Made by a program: the position numbers and the translations under genes. Positions 23,701 to 36,585 of a stretch of DNA of 64,000 bases are shown here, in pieces; positions within the stretch are counted from its first letter, which is position 1; each line of letters starts with the position of its first letter. The stretch is from contig NW_020844463.1 of assembly GCF_003704095.1 (NCBI RefSeq), positions 124,001 to 188,000 on the forward strand, in the 5' to 3' direction. This DNA is from Pocillopora damicornis (taxonomy: Eukaryota). The notes under the pieces were generated by a model. It saw only the letters and a program-made list of their open reading frames with translations. It ran no database searches and was not told where the DNA came from.

Positions 23701-26700
23701 GCAAAATTTTATGACAATAGGCAAAAAAATAAATTCTAGGAAGGCAGTGGGCACAAAAACGGAACTTCTTCTTAGCGATCCCAACTGAAACAAAACAAAA
23801 TTGTGGCAAAACTATTGTTTCACTGAAGCATGACAGTTACTACGCAATTTTCTAGATGTTCCATATGATATTTTCAGCTGAAGTACACTTCTATATGTTC
23901 TTTTAAGCACTAACCTCTCTTGCAAGAATATCTGTGACAATCAGAGCAGTTCACGTCATTCCATTCGTAATGATGATTTTTAAGGAAGCCAAGAGCATGA
24001 ACACAATCTTGATTGCCATAGTTGTTTGGTTGGTCCTTTGCCCAACGCCTGAATTTGGATGTGCTCTTGTCGCTCCACACAAAATTCCCTTCAGAGTTGA
24101 TATCATTGAGCCCCAACCAGGAGTGTTCTCCACCATGCAGACTTTGGACAAAAACGTTTTCTTCCTGGTTACGTATGCTGGGAAGGTCAGCTGACTTTAA
24201 GCCGCATGCTCTATTGCTGTTGTCCCAGTTATCGCATGCAGCCACTTGACTGTAGCAATAGTTATCGAAATAGTACCAGTCGTCTTTACAAATGCTGTCT
24301 GTAAGATAAACACGATTGACAGTTTTTTTTTTGTTTGTTTGTTTGTTTTTTTTTAATTGGTCGTTCTGTTTTAACTATTTAGTGCATTGTTATATTTGCA
24401 GTCGGGTAAAGAGCAAGGTGAGGCTGATTTTTGTGAAGGATTTCTTTCATTTAAAAGGTGAGAAATGACTCTAGGTTAGAAGTTATTGACTCTTGTCAGC
24501 TCTCGGGTACCTCGAGAATAGAGCCTTTATTTAAGAAATAGAGAAGCCTTGACTGTGCTCTGTTCTGTTGTAAAGTACGCAGGAAGCGGCTAGAGCACAA
24601 AAGAAGTTCCTGAGCACAGTCAAGGCTTCTTTATATGTGTTATAATAAAGAATACGTTAAATTCCCCATGCATTTCTTTCAATTTTCAAAACAAACTTTA
24701 TTTCCAAAGCGAACAATAATGTCGTCTGCATGCTTTTTACTCTCATAAAGCACACCACAATAAGCCAATCAGAATCCCTTTCAGAATGGTTCAAATAACC
24801 TATTTGGCTGTACAAGACTAAAGCTGTCAAAACTGTCAAACCATCAAAGTTCACTTTCTGCAATAGATTACAAACTTAAACAGTTCGGCGGGTCGAATTT
24901 AACATTTTTGCCTGCAGCTTTTTAGTCTCTAATACAGACTCTGAAAGTGAAATGTTCAGTGAAATTCGGCTGAATTGTGGCTCATAAAAACTAGCAAGTT
25001 CCTTCACATGACAAGTAGAAAACAAACTGTTCAAGGCGAGCGTTTTATGAATGAATGACAGCCGAATTCACCGGAACATGAAGATTGCTCGGGATGACAG
25101 CACCGTAAAACTCGGCTGCAGTGGCTGATGTGGCCTTCCAATCAACGCATTAAAAAGGATATCAGAGCAAGCTCTTATGTTTTTTTCACTCGAAGGGAGG
25201 TCGATGTAGTTACTGAGGCCTGCTTCACTAGAATGGCCAATGATCGCCATGATTAGCTAGCCGCAATGGACCTCAGCATGATCGCAGTCGCTCTGATACC
25301 GTCATGTTTAGTATGAATTGTAACGTGCAGTTAAGCCAGTTTGGTAATATTTTCATCGTTCCTGTTTTGTTTTCTTTTGTTCTTGAGCACGAAACTTATA
25401 TATTATACGAGTGTTAGCTGTGTTTGTTTTTAATTACCGTACGTAAGCTTGCAATCTAACTGAGCTTGAAATCCTTTAAAACTAAGACTGTTCATTTCGT
25501 TTTCTCTTTGAAGAATTTCGTCTCTGTTCACGTTATAATAACGTAAATTACGGCGCCTGGCATGTTTACTAACCTTTCTTTGGTTCTTCTGTTGTTACTT
25601 GCCAGCTTGCTTGTTCCGAAATTTCACTTTCAGTAAACGAAAACGAGCTAAAGAGAATTCCCGGAAAAGGCCGGCCATAGTACAATTCGGCAGATAACAT
25701 GAAAGCTTTAGCTCATCTCTATACTCTATACTCTCATAGAGCACGCTCTTTTAACCAATGACAGCACGTGTTATATCCCAACTTTATGAAATTATTATCA
25801 CTACCCTTTCTTTTATTCTTAATTTACTGGTAAACGTATGTGATTTCTTTTTTCTTTTGAATGTAATCTGTTTCACTATAAGGAACACCAAGTGTTCAAT
25901 TGTATTGCTAAGTGAGGACTTTAAATACGCTAGAGGTTGTCATTAATAAAGGCCGGCTCTCCGCCTATTAGATTATTCGTACCTCCCAACACCGCATATG
26001 AAACGTTCAGTGGGTCAAAGCGTTGCACTTCCAATTCTTTCACACAGATTCGGAATGCCTTCTCTGTGATATACTTTAAAAAAATAAAACAAAATTTCTT
26101 TTTTATTATAGAGCTAGGCGTATCTAATTATTTGACACCATCGAAACGAAACATTGTCTAGGTATATATAGTTGAGTGTTGATGACACAACTCTGTAAAT
26201 GCTACGACAACAAAGTTGACAACAACAACAAACATGCAAACAGAAACAAAAAAACAAACACTTTGAAAATGCAATGGTTTATTTTGGTAGGTAAAAATCA
26301 TATTTGTAATTACAGTCCCCTGATCCTCGACAAAACTGAACCATTGAAGTACGGAAGCAAACGAAGGCCCAAAGAAAAATATGCATGGTAACATACTGTA
26401 AAAGCATAAAAGAAGCTTGCTATCTAAACCTCATGCCATGATAATGGAGAAGTTATAATTTGACACACCTCAATCCAGCTTACGATTCCATTGCACTCTG
26501 CTGGAGCGTTGCCTCCACTGGTAGAATGACTGGCGCTTATAAATACTTTTGGGGGCTTTTTGTAAGCCGATCTAGTGTAACTCACATCCTTTTGATGAAA
26601 TGAGGAAAATTCTCGATTGCTTGATATATAAGTCATTCAACCAATTAGATGAAATCAACAATTATAAAATCAAGAAAATACGATTATTGCATAATGCATT

Positions 26701-28225
26701 CGAACTAAATAAAAACCTAAAAAAAGCAGATTTAACCGGTTTGTCAGGTTTGTCTAAAAAATCAGATCAAAATGAAGAACGACGCTCGCAGAATAAAAAG
26801 AACTAAATAAAAACCTACAAAGCAGATTTAACTGGTTTGTCTGGTTTGTCTAAAAAATCAGATCAAAATGAAGAACGACGCTCGCAGCATAAAACAGCCT
26901 GTGTAGTTAACACGTTAGACTGGCTTTATTATATATCTAATTAGTTTATTGGATGACGGGAATTTTCTTGACCAATAGCCTAAAGCCAAAGTAAGAAAAA
27001 TTAGTCAAATATAAGATATCTTTAAGGTAAAACTTTCAAATTGGTCTACCAGTGCACTACATGCACGCACCCACACCCACGCAAACCACTTTTGTCAAGG
27101 GACACAACACTTACCTTACAGAAAGCGTAGTTGTACTCTTCTAACGGCGAACCAGTATTCGGAAAGCTTACGAGGCCGTGCTCTTTAAACCATGGTCTGG
27201 GTGTTTTTTCGAAAAACAGCCAGCTCTGAGAGAAAAACAGAAGACTTAATTCATGAAGGTAAGTACATAGACGCAGCCTTGGTAGAAATTGAACCAAGAA
27301 ATATGATGTTTGGCGATTAGGTCATACACGAAGCCAAGAGTTCCTGCCGCTATCAGAGAAACGTCTGCTATCCAGCCGAGCATTCTCTTTTCCTTGCACA
27401 ATACTGGAAGTCTATTCAGGATCGAGTGCTGCTGTTCATTACGACAATGCCTACTATTAGTGACAGCTCGAACTTTAGTACCTGGTTGGGATCCCATGTT
27501 TTAGAATTCCAAAGGCTAAGGAAACCAGATGAATTAGAGTCAGCACCAGCGAGTAACAAACCTAAGCACAAAACTTACCACTGTAATTTTATCATGAGCT
27601 CCTGCGAAGTTTTGGAATTCTCTAAGACAGATCTGGAAAGAACTCGTTGAAACATCTTCGAGCCATAAAGAGGTAGCATCATGCCTGAGACCTGTTCTGT
27701 GGTGCACTGCTGTTGCAAAGACAGACGGTGGCTCAGAACGCTAAAGTTGAAAAAATGAGGAAACTAATTTGACTTGGAAGTTATACTAAAAGATACACGA
27801 CAAGAACCAGTACATCTCATCATCATTAAGTCATGAAATGGCATCATAACACAAATAAATCAAGTAATGATAAGTTTATTCTCCAAAGTCGGGTTGTTCA
27901 AAGCTAGGTAAGATGACCAAAGGTTAGTGTGAAATCTGATCTCAGATCTGTGAGCTTTAACAGAAAATTCGGTGTAATTCTCTTTGTCTATAATTTAATG
28001 CTTGGATGATCTATAATAAATGGAGAGAATTATCCCAAAAAGGCTATTGAACAAAGGAATATAGGAACCCAGATTAAAACTTGAACCTTGGTGAGCGCTA
28101 ACAGCCTTCGAGCGACATGGCCCTTAAACCAAAGCAGTGTGAAGTCTCGCACTAAATTACTGGTGTTAAATAGGAGTATTCAGTTGCATAGTTTGGAAGG
28201 TGGTTTGCCTAGTCAAGCCAAGTGC

Positions 28226-28259
<34 letters not shown>

Positions 28260-31200
28260 TTACCTATTTATACTCCAAGGTGTAGAGAGGCACAATGAGA
28301 GTAAAGTGATCTGCTCAAGAATACGACGCATTGACTCGGCCAGGTCTCGAACGGAGCGAACTGACCATAATGGCACCGCGTCTCCCGCAAGTTGAAATAG
28401 GAATAACACAATCCTTGTTTGACAACAAAAGAGTTAAAAAGTGCAAGTTTCTAGAGCACTTTTCAAAGCAGCATAAAAAATTAATACGATGTATATCACA
28501 AAAAATGTCCAAATCTCCTTACTCTTAAATTACAGAGGAATACATACCTTTGGAGATAAAGGGACTGTTACGCAGCTAGTTCCAGTCGACCATGTTGTGA
28601 AATTCGCTTCCCCTGCTACTCCTCCAGGTGGATTTCCCTGATAGGCCATCCAGTCTATTGAAGGGAAGCTGTCTGCAAGGTATTTGTTCTTTCCAGTTCG
28701 AGTAACACAGGCCGTAAACTGAGTAATGTTAACGCTTTCGACCCAAGGTGTAGCAGCTTCATGTACCCAATCGGCATACGAGTAGTTGAAGTGGTTCACA
28801 GTGAGTTGCACATGAACTTCCTTAAGAGGATAGAATATGAAAGGTTTGAACTTGATCACAACACACTGATCCTCTATCCCGGGAGGAGGATTTGGAAACT
28901 CGTATCTTCCTTTCTGCATAGGGAAACCTACAGTTGGACGGAAATAACAACAACGAAAACGATTTCAAAAATTCACGTTTTGACTATAGGGAAAGGAGTC
29001 AGAATAGGCTCAGCCATATCGAATGGACTGTTAATCATCTGATTGCCCCAAGATAACATATTTATCATATCATGTTATAGGTGAGGTCGCCTTAATTTTT
29101 TTCATACTCTTCCAAATTTTGGTGTATTAAGCTACATGAAATTTTAAGGTTGCTACAATATGCAATACGGCGCCAAAACTTTGTCTCCGGCCTGTCTTGT
29201 ACAAGGTGGACATATTGAAATGAGTTAATTTTTGCTGATGAGTTCCTCTATTCTTTGGAAGGAGTTCATTTATACCTCAAAAGTCTGCTGGAAAGTTTGG
29301 TTTGCTCCCTAAGTTTTCAAAGGCCCAAAACGAAATGCGTGGGTATTTTCTGCAGGATGACGGGCATTTTCAGGGAAGGAAGGCGAGCTGTTTTGCGAGA
29401 TGACCGTTTTGCAATTTTTAAAAACTCAGAATTCAAAATAATTTTGGCTATTGTGAATCGAGCCAGAAAGATTTTTTCGCCCATTTGCACCTTTTGAAAA
29501 TCAAGTTCTTGTGCTATGTTGACACTCAAGCTTATCCATGTGCTCGAGAAGAAATATAATCGATATTAACACTTCGAGAATTTGCGATTTTATGATCAAA
29601 CCAAAAAGTTATTATTTTTTCCCCATTCCACGTCTCATTGGAAATCGCGATCTCTCAAGCTACGATAGCTCCAGATGAAAAGAAGGTAACTGCGAAGTCT
29701 TAAAATTAACTTTAGAAAAATTTTAAAAACCAATATATCGTGCCACTCAGTAAAGCTTTTTAACCTTTCTACGCCTCTTTTCTGACATATTCTTTCTCGA
29801 ACCAGTCATGGGACTCCAACGGCAACCTCAATGAACACAAAACATTTCGACTTACTCCCCTTATTTTGCAAACTCAAGATTTCTCTAGGGGTTGTCGTCC
29901 AAGCAAAACAAGAAACTCACTTAAGACTTCGTTAACATTAAAATTACATATTTTCACGCCCTTATTACACGCGCCAAGCAAGCCACAATCTCTGGAACCC
30001 CGTCATCATTCAAAATTCTAAAATTATCGCTCCGAAGTTGCCGCTTTAGCAAAACGTTATTTGTCATCCATCATTTTCGCCAGGTAATATTTACAAACAC
30101 AAGCCGTCAAAGGTAACAACTTGAAGGATATAAACTGTGAATACACACAAAAATTCACTCCATGATGCCGGAGAAGGCTTCGAAATAATCTTCGGTGAAC
30201 TCTATTTCATGTAAATATAGCTTATTTCATGGTTACGGAGCGCGTGCGATTCTTTTTTACGAGTTTTGACAAATAAAACGAAACAACGGGGAACTAACGA
30301 GTGAGCTTCCTTTTTCATAGCGAGTTTATAAAAACTGAACGAGCAGAGAAGAGCAAAACAAAACAAATAAACAAATAAATAAACAAAAGGAACAAAAACA
30401 ACAAAAGAAAACAATAAAACAAGCCAAAAACATTGCACTCTGCAAATTGCGAGAAAATTGAAAAGGAATATAGGACTAACGTTCGAAACGTCAGATTTAG
30501 AAATCCTTTGAGAAGGGTAATCTACATTATCAACTCAATTAATAAAACCAAATTATCTTTTCAGATCTCTCAGTCTCGAAGTAAAAATAAAATTCAAGTA
30601 GTTAAGAGGAATGTAAGGGTACTTTTGGCGAAGTTAAATAAACAAAAAGACAATATTTTATACCATTGCATCTTCCAGGATGATAGTTTGTATAATTGCC
30701 GCGTTCTTCACAAATCGTTTGTTTGAAGTCACACATATTCCTGAAAGTTCGACCGTTGGAACCACAGACATGTTCCTCGTACGATGGGCAGTTACTTCGG
30801 CAGCGACATTCATACGTCCACTCATCACGAGCACGGCAGAAGCTTTCGTAAGTGCAGTTAATATTTCTACACGGGTCGAGGTCTATAATAGAATAAGAAA
30901 TCACACATTTAGTGAATGGAAGGCATGAAAGTTTTAGGCGGTCTAAACCGAGTGAGCAAGGGAATAAAAAGAACAAAAAAAACAACAATTTTAACAACAA
31001 AACAAGATGAAGATTTATTACCCCACAACGGCAAAAGAACAAGAGAAATCATGGAGTGATTGACTCACTCACTTTTAACATTTTGCTGTGCTTAAGTGAC
31101 AAATATCTCATGAAATTGAATAATACATAGACAATTTAACCATATCTAACGTACAATGCTAGTACAAACGGGGTTTGACTTCAAATGGGTACAAAATATT

Positions 31201-34200
31201 TGTAAATCATATATATGAGCATGAAAGAAAAATAAGTAAATGAATCAATAATTAAAAAACCTATGATAAAATAGGGTCCCAATGCAATTGCACACGGTAC
31301 TTCATGTAAAAACCAAAGAGCTCAACGATCAACTTCTGTTTGCTGATCATCAAGGCACACTAGAACACCAAGAACACTTGCCCATCATGGAATTTCCTCT
31401 GTACACAAACCAAAATAAATGAAAACTGTCGTTTATTTAAGGACAAATTTGAATTGTTTCTAAAACAAGGCACGGATTTTCAGCCTCACCTCCAATAATT
31501 AAGTAGTCTATAACCACGTCGCTTCTTTGGTTACCGTATCCTGCGTGGTCTATTATGCAAATTTGAAATTTTTTCTTGGTCACTCCCTTGAAGGATAAAA
31601 GAAAGAAAAGCAAGCAATAAAATGACAAATTAAGGAATTTTGAGTACATGGAACTTTGGTGAAAAATCAGGAGCAAAGTTCTCGTAGTTAACTGAGAGAG
31701 GAGAAAGGAGAAGAAAAGAGAGAAACACAAACAAGAAGATAAAAACAAAGGACTTATGATAAAAAGAAAGGAAAGAAAAGAATAGGTCAGGAAACAAAGC
31801 AACGAACAAATAAGCAAACTAAAAAAAAAGGAAATGATACAAAGGGAAAATAAAGGGAAAGCTAACAGGGCTATTTTGTCACATATTTGGTTGATTTAGG
31901 TTCAATTCAAAACTGTACTTCATTTCTCTTTTAAATTTCATCTAAATCTAGCATGATCGGCGAGTTAATAAGTCATAGGCAAAACTCAGGGGGTCAGTTT
32001 TAACGTTACTCTTACCTCCATCCAGGTTAGCAAAGGCTCTTTTTGTTTCGGACCACATCCATTGTTCGATTTGTTACCTTGAGCAGCATTGAAGACAGTT
32101 GTCAGGACGATGGGTGGGTTAAAAAACGGCTCGTCGTATTTGATCGTCTGTTAAAATAGAAAAAAAAACAGGAATCAAACAATAGGGATCACAAAAAACG
32201 AAATAAAAAATTAAAATAAAAAACGTTTAAAACTGGCTAAACTTGGATCCACACGCGTGACCCAAACTTTTCTTTCCTTTTATTTTTTCTTTCCTTGTTT
32301 TTATTTTCACACTGACAACGGTCCTTTACCGAACAAGGAAATCCTCGTTGGACACTATCGTTAAACATGCAGAATGCTTTTATGACATAGGTCGGTAGAT
32401 TTTCACAAATCATAGACCAATTTCTTTAAGGAAGACATCAAAGGCAGACTTACAGTACCTTACACAGTGCATACTTGTTTTCGGCTGAGGGTAACTCCTT
32501 TCCGGAAAACAGGATGGTTTTGGACTCCTTAGCTCTCCAATTTTGAGGATAGTTCTCGTATGCCATCCAGTTCTTGAGTAAAGAGCACGCAGAAAAGAAC
32601 ATTTCATATTTGCTTATGAGCTGAATAACATTTACACATAATCCACAAATAATAATATCCTTAAGTTTGCTTTAGCGATCTCATTGAGAAATAAAACGAG
32701 TTAGGAACTTATTTCAAGCTAAATATACTTTGTTTAGGACACAGGAGAAACCATGACCGACAGAAGGAAGAAAAAACACAAGATGAGGCATTTTTTACGA
32801 GCAAAACATGTGACTAGCAATATCAATTAATCTTGATAAAATATTGATCTATATAGAACAGGAAACACAAATAATAAGAAATACAAGTACATCAAAACAC
32901 TATGTAAGGACAAAAGAAAGCAAGCCATTACTAAAGAAAACATTTTGGTTAAAATCTAAAGGAAAATAAATTAATCAGTGAAAAACGCAAAACAACCTAT
33001 TAAGCAGCACATAGACAGAATAACGGCTCACCACTATAAGTCCCTCGTGGAGCCCATCGAATACCCTTGACTCTTGCAAACAAACTTCAAATTCACTTGG
33101 CGAGATGTTTTCAATCCAAACCAGCATTGCATCGTATTTCCGGTCTTTTTTAGTGTGCTGCACAGTGACGTGAACTGTAGGAGTTTTCTTAAAACCCTGA
33201 ATGCAACAAAGGGAAACATGAAAATAATAACTAAGCTATAAGCTATATTCTAAGAGTAGACCCAGTAGTACGCTACCAACCTTTCCACCACGTCGATGCT
33301 AAGCAAAATTCAATTCAAATGAATGAACCTGTCATAACTTCATCTTAGGATTTTCAGCAGGCGCCCAGTACCTCGGCACTAATTGTGAAAGGCACATTAG
33401 CCAGCAATAAACCGCTCAGCCCTCGAAGAACGAGGATTGATGGCAAAGCAGATGGCTTCTTACAAGGCGTAGTAGCGGCTTACCCACAAGAAAATTCAAT
33501 TGAGTGCAAGTACTGTGAGTTAATGCAAAGTCATATCAGACCCAGCACTCTTAACAACTCAGTCACGCAGCCTTTGAAAGTTCAAAGAATCTTACCTTTT
33601 TAAATGTCACCCGGTTGCACTGTGATCCTGTGGTGAATTTGCTAAACGGTGTTTTACCATGTTCAGCTCCTGTCTGTGGACCTTGAACTGCAAACCAGTC
33701 GATAGTGAAATTATCCCCAGCTCCTTGGCCCCCTTCAACGACACAAGCCTTGAAGCGATCGTATTTTACATATTCTACCCAAAGAAAGAATCGTAGACAT
33801 AGGACGATCCATTTCCTCGGTTGACTGAGGCAAATACGCTCACAGGTGTTCCCCTGATGAAACGGTTTTTAAATGTCTCATGCCGGCAAATGTAATCATC
33901 ATCTACTTGGCTGAGGCGAATGTGTCCGTTTTGTGGTTTAACACCTGAGAAGAAATTTGTATATTAACCTGAGTAAAACTCGAGCAACAAATGTAGTAAA
34001 ATAATGCGCCCGTTATTGCAATGCATCCTGGGCAACGACCTAGGCAAACCCAAGGCATGCGATCACGATGGCTGGTCAGACCGATAGAAAACATCTCCGA
34101 AAAAAACGAACCATAAAAAAAAACAGAGAGACTGGTTAAAACTCTAGTGATGGCCTGTTAACAAGTAAAGATTAGTTTTTGATATGTTATCACGACTGAT

Positions 34201-34957
34201 AAGATGGCACGAATCTTCTAGACCAATCACTCAATGCAGCGCAACAAAACAACCCTATCTCGGATTACCCTCGAGTTTCCATTAAAGACGTCTTTGTTTT
34301 GTTAGGTTGGGTGTGACTTAAAACAGGGGATCCAAAATATAGAAATACGAAATAAAAAATAGGAGGAAAAAGTAAGGTGCCGTTAACATATACGCCTCAC
34401 CTATTCCCTAGGTGGAGTTAATGAACTATAGAAAAAGGTTGAAATATTGAATATCGCGCTCGCATAAGTGAAGTGCCGATCAATTGCTTGGAGAAACGCT
34501 CTACCCTGTGACTGTTTTCAACAATATTCATTTATTCTTTAAAAAGCTTAAAAATTTGCGAGGGATTGAATAAAAAGATCTTGTTTATGCCTGTTATGTC
34601 ATAAATATCCTATGTATATCGATCTTGGTTTTGATGCGTGAGTTTTTGTCTTGACACATGTGTATTACTTATAAATTCAATCAACGGAGATGTTAGAAGT
34701 GTCCAGTCATAAAATTGAATGATAATTTCACCAAAGAAAGGAAGTAAAATTACTGAAGGAGAGTGATTCAGCACTTCCAGTTTCGACACGAATACGACAA
34801 CTTTAGACTATTTGCTCTAGGTGAGATAACGTATGTTTTGCCTGGAATAAACTGCACGGTAAAAGCAAAAATTAAAAAAGAACTTTCTATCACCTTCGAC
34901 ACTGCTGGACATGAGGAAAGTAACCAGCAAAAGCGATACTTGCCCGGCAGACAACAG
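20606..34957 (-). CDS. Paralog B: same architecture with 2x EGF, CUB, 2x SRCR, then TGA and an in-frame TM extension; probable recent pseudogene or null allele (ATG to CTG, frameshift in exon 2)
   Basis: Exons: 34957-34894, 33944-33596 (349 nt, out of phase), 33196-33032, 32572-32459, 32147-32016, 31586-31490, 30882-30664, 28927-28548, 27740-27579, 27225-27115, 26588-26469, 26073-25983, 24298-23915, 23511-23386, 23162-23019, 22463-22104, 21393-20756 (TGA), extension to 20606. Confidence 0.85.
20708..20746 (-). promoter_or_regulatory. Candidate readthrough-stimulating RNA stem-loop (B)
   Basis: Perfect 10-bp stem GAUAUCAAAA / UUUUGAUAUC starting 9 nt after UGA. Confidence 0.65.
20756..21393 (-). 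CDS. Paralog B exon with two SRCR domains
   Basis: [33 protein letters not shown]...[16 protein letters not shown]...DCTHKQDASMKC, then a second unit GRVEV...HAEDAGVEC. Confidence 0.93.
22104..22463 (-). CDS. Paralog B CUB exon
   Basis: YKSNMNCTWNITSNGQIDLVFLRLDTE...LFVRFESDASKEYRGFLAEY; 360 nt, phase 1-1. Confidence 0.9.
23019..23511 (-). CDS. Paralog B two EGF exons (23511-23386, 23162-23019)
   Basis: DYDECADKNYDCPADSHCVN...CE and DWKECDLGSSFYTCPAKSTCENVPGSYRCRC...ECG. Confidence 0.88.
23915..24298 (-). CDS. Paralog B C-type lectin exon
   Basis: SWLGLND...WAKDQPNNYGNQDCV...WNDVNC; 384 nt. Confidence 0.92.
24537..24805. repeat. Interspersed hairpin repeat (related fragment at 2000-2150)
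   Basis: Inverted arms AGAAGCCTTGACTGTGCTC...GAGCACAGTCAAGGCTTCT. Confidence 0.6.
26703..26897. repeat. Tandem duplication of about 98 bp (intron)
   Basis: aactaaataaaaaccta...gtctaaaaaatcagatcaaaatgaagaacgacgctcgcag occurs twice. Confidence 0.9.
27890..28123. mobile_element. Degenerate MITE-like element
   Basis: Ends gggttgttcaaag ... cttcgagcgacatggccc are imperfectly inverted; non-coding. Confidence 0.4.
28259..28387 (-). mobile_element. tRNA-derived SINE fragment (a shorter piece lies at about 15470-15530)
   Basis: The minus strand has an A-box-like GGTGCCATTATGGTCAG and a B-box GTTCGAGACC, then CACTTTACTCTCATTGTGCCTCTCTACACC, shared with 15477-15510. Confidence 0.6.
30664..30882 (-). 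CDS. Paralog B follistatin/Kazal exon
   Basis: DPCRNINCTYESFC...[28 protein letters not shown]...HPGRC; 219 nt. Confidence 0.9.
34894..34957 (-). CDS. Paralog B exon 1 (signal-peptide-like) starting at CTG rather than ATG
   Basis: aaa CTG TTG TCT GCC...: (L)LSAGQVSLLLVTFLMSSSVE then G|gtgata. Phase 1. An in-frame TGA lies six codons upstream. Confidence 0.55.
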
Positions 34958-35469
34958 TTTCCTTGTACAACTTCAACTAAACTCCACTCCTTTGGAATGG
35001 AGAGCTATTCGCGAGGCAGGTAAGTTTTCACGGATAACAAGTTGAGAACGTGACTTAAATATCGAGTGTGCGAGTGCGCACGCACCTAAAAAATACTCAA
35101 GGGATCATTTGTTTGAAAGCATTTTGGTTCACTTGCGCTTAGACGAGGTCAGCAGAACAATAACAATAGCGCCTTAGGAAGACCTTCTTATCTCGATTAA
35201 CTTATATAAGGAGAAGTGCGATTTTTGCTCAACATCAATTTTTTGGTTTACCAATCATAGCTTTTGTAGTTTGCCCAACCATACTGGGGAACATCTATTT
35301 TATTTCTTTCAAATAGGAATTCGTTTTGAGAAAAATGGGGACAGCTATTGACTACTCCTATCAAAACATCAACTCTCCATTCTCTGGCGCCAGAGAGTCT
35401 TCAATTGAAGTTTGTTCTGAGATACCAATCTTACATCAGACCATACCTTAAAGAATGAAACTCGTACAA

Positions 35470-35548
35470 TTCTCCGGAAGAGCTGTAATAGGCTTTGATA
35501 ATAAATCTCCGGAAGAGCTGTTATAGGCTTTGATAATAAATCGTTCGA
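35470..35548. repeat. 36-bp tandem duplication
   Basis: tctccggaagagctgt[a/t]ataggctttgataataaa occurs twice. Confidence 0.85.
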
Positions 35549-36349
35549 TCGTTGCAACGAGGCAATGTATCATGCCTTAGTGCTATTTTCACACCACAGC
35601 ATTTTGCAAGAATTTCTGCAGTCGCACCCAAGATAGGTCAAGAATGTTTAACCTAACAACAGTATTTCAAGTCATGCGGTGCAGCTTTGTAAACCAAAAG
35701 AAAAATAGATAAAATATAGATAAATGAATGGAATGACTTTGTCTAGCTTTATTGCAATCAATTCGAAAAATGTTTGTTTAAATAACTACGGCTGCTCAGC
35801 AATCAAAATGTTCACAATAGCAAGAAACGTGAATTCAAATAGAGAATGGCAACCAAGTGGAAATCTGACTCTTAAAATTCTTTTGTTCATGATGAAGACT
35901 CAGAAAAGAATTGGAGGACCTTCAGATTTAAACTTATGTAACCGGGTTCGATAATAATCAATAACAGACCAATGCATTGGCGGTTGAGCGAGGTCACATT
36001 TTTCATTAGTTTCTTTAGCTTTTAAGAAGTTTGATCTTTTATCAATTACAAATGCACATTCCATAAATTAATAACAAAAGGACATTCTTCCCATTCTTGT
36101 ATCGACAAGGTAGTAATGAATAGAGGGATGAGTGCAAGTAGAAATAACAGAAAGTTCCGCCGTTGTATGGACACATGTCGAGAGAAACCCGGTGACGCTC
36201 AAATCAGTCAAAGGATTTAATCAGAGTTGACTCGGCGTTGCTCTTAAACCTTGATCCTTTAACTAAATGGAATCAACAGATGAGAGAATAACATTAAAAG
36301 TTTTCCGTTGGCACTAATCTGGTGAATACAGGTTATTTAACATCTAAGA

Positions 36350-36585
36350 TAGGGGATAAGGTTTTAAAGAAACTGTGGTCCTGCGTCGGTGGGAGAGTAG
36401 AATAGGGTAACTAAGTATTATCAACTAAGTTGATAGCGTTAATTTGCCACCGTGAAGATTTTTAAAGCTGGCGTTTCGAGCTTTGGCCCTTCGTTAGTAG
36501 CGAATAACGAAGGACTAGCCCTCGAAACGTCAGCTTTGTAATTCTCTACGGTGGCCAGCCATTTAATAATACCAAATTACCCTAA
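36350..36585. repeat. Palindromic repeat carrying two degenerate hammerhead-ribozyme-like motifs (Penelope/retrozyme type)
   Basis: Inverted arms 36464-36537: aaagctggcgtttcgagctttggcccttcgtta / taacgaaggactagccctcgaaacgtcagcttt. A partial copy is at about 30470-30560. Confidence 0.5.

Noticed and set aside
28227-28258. Poly-proline ORF
   Set aside because: Translation of an intronic poly-C tract next to a SINE fragment.
29060-30205. Possible 1.1-kb transposon in an intron of B
   Set aside because: The intron is longer than in A and D, but I could not define convincing terminal repeats or a target-site duplication.
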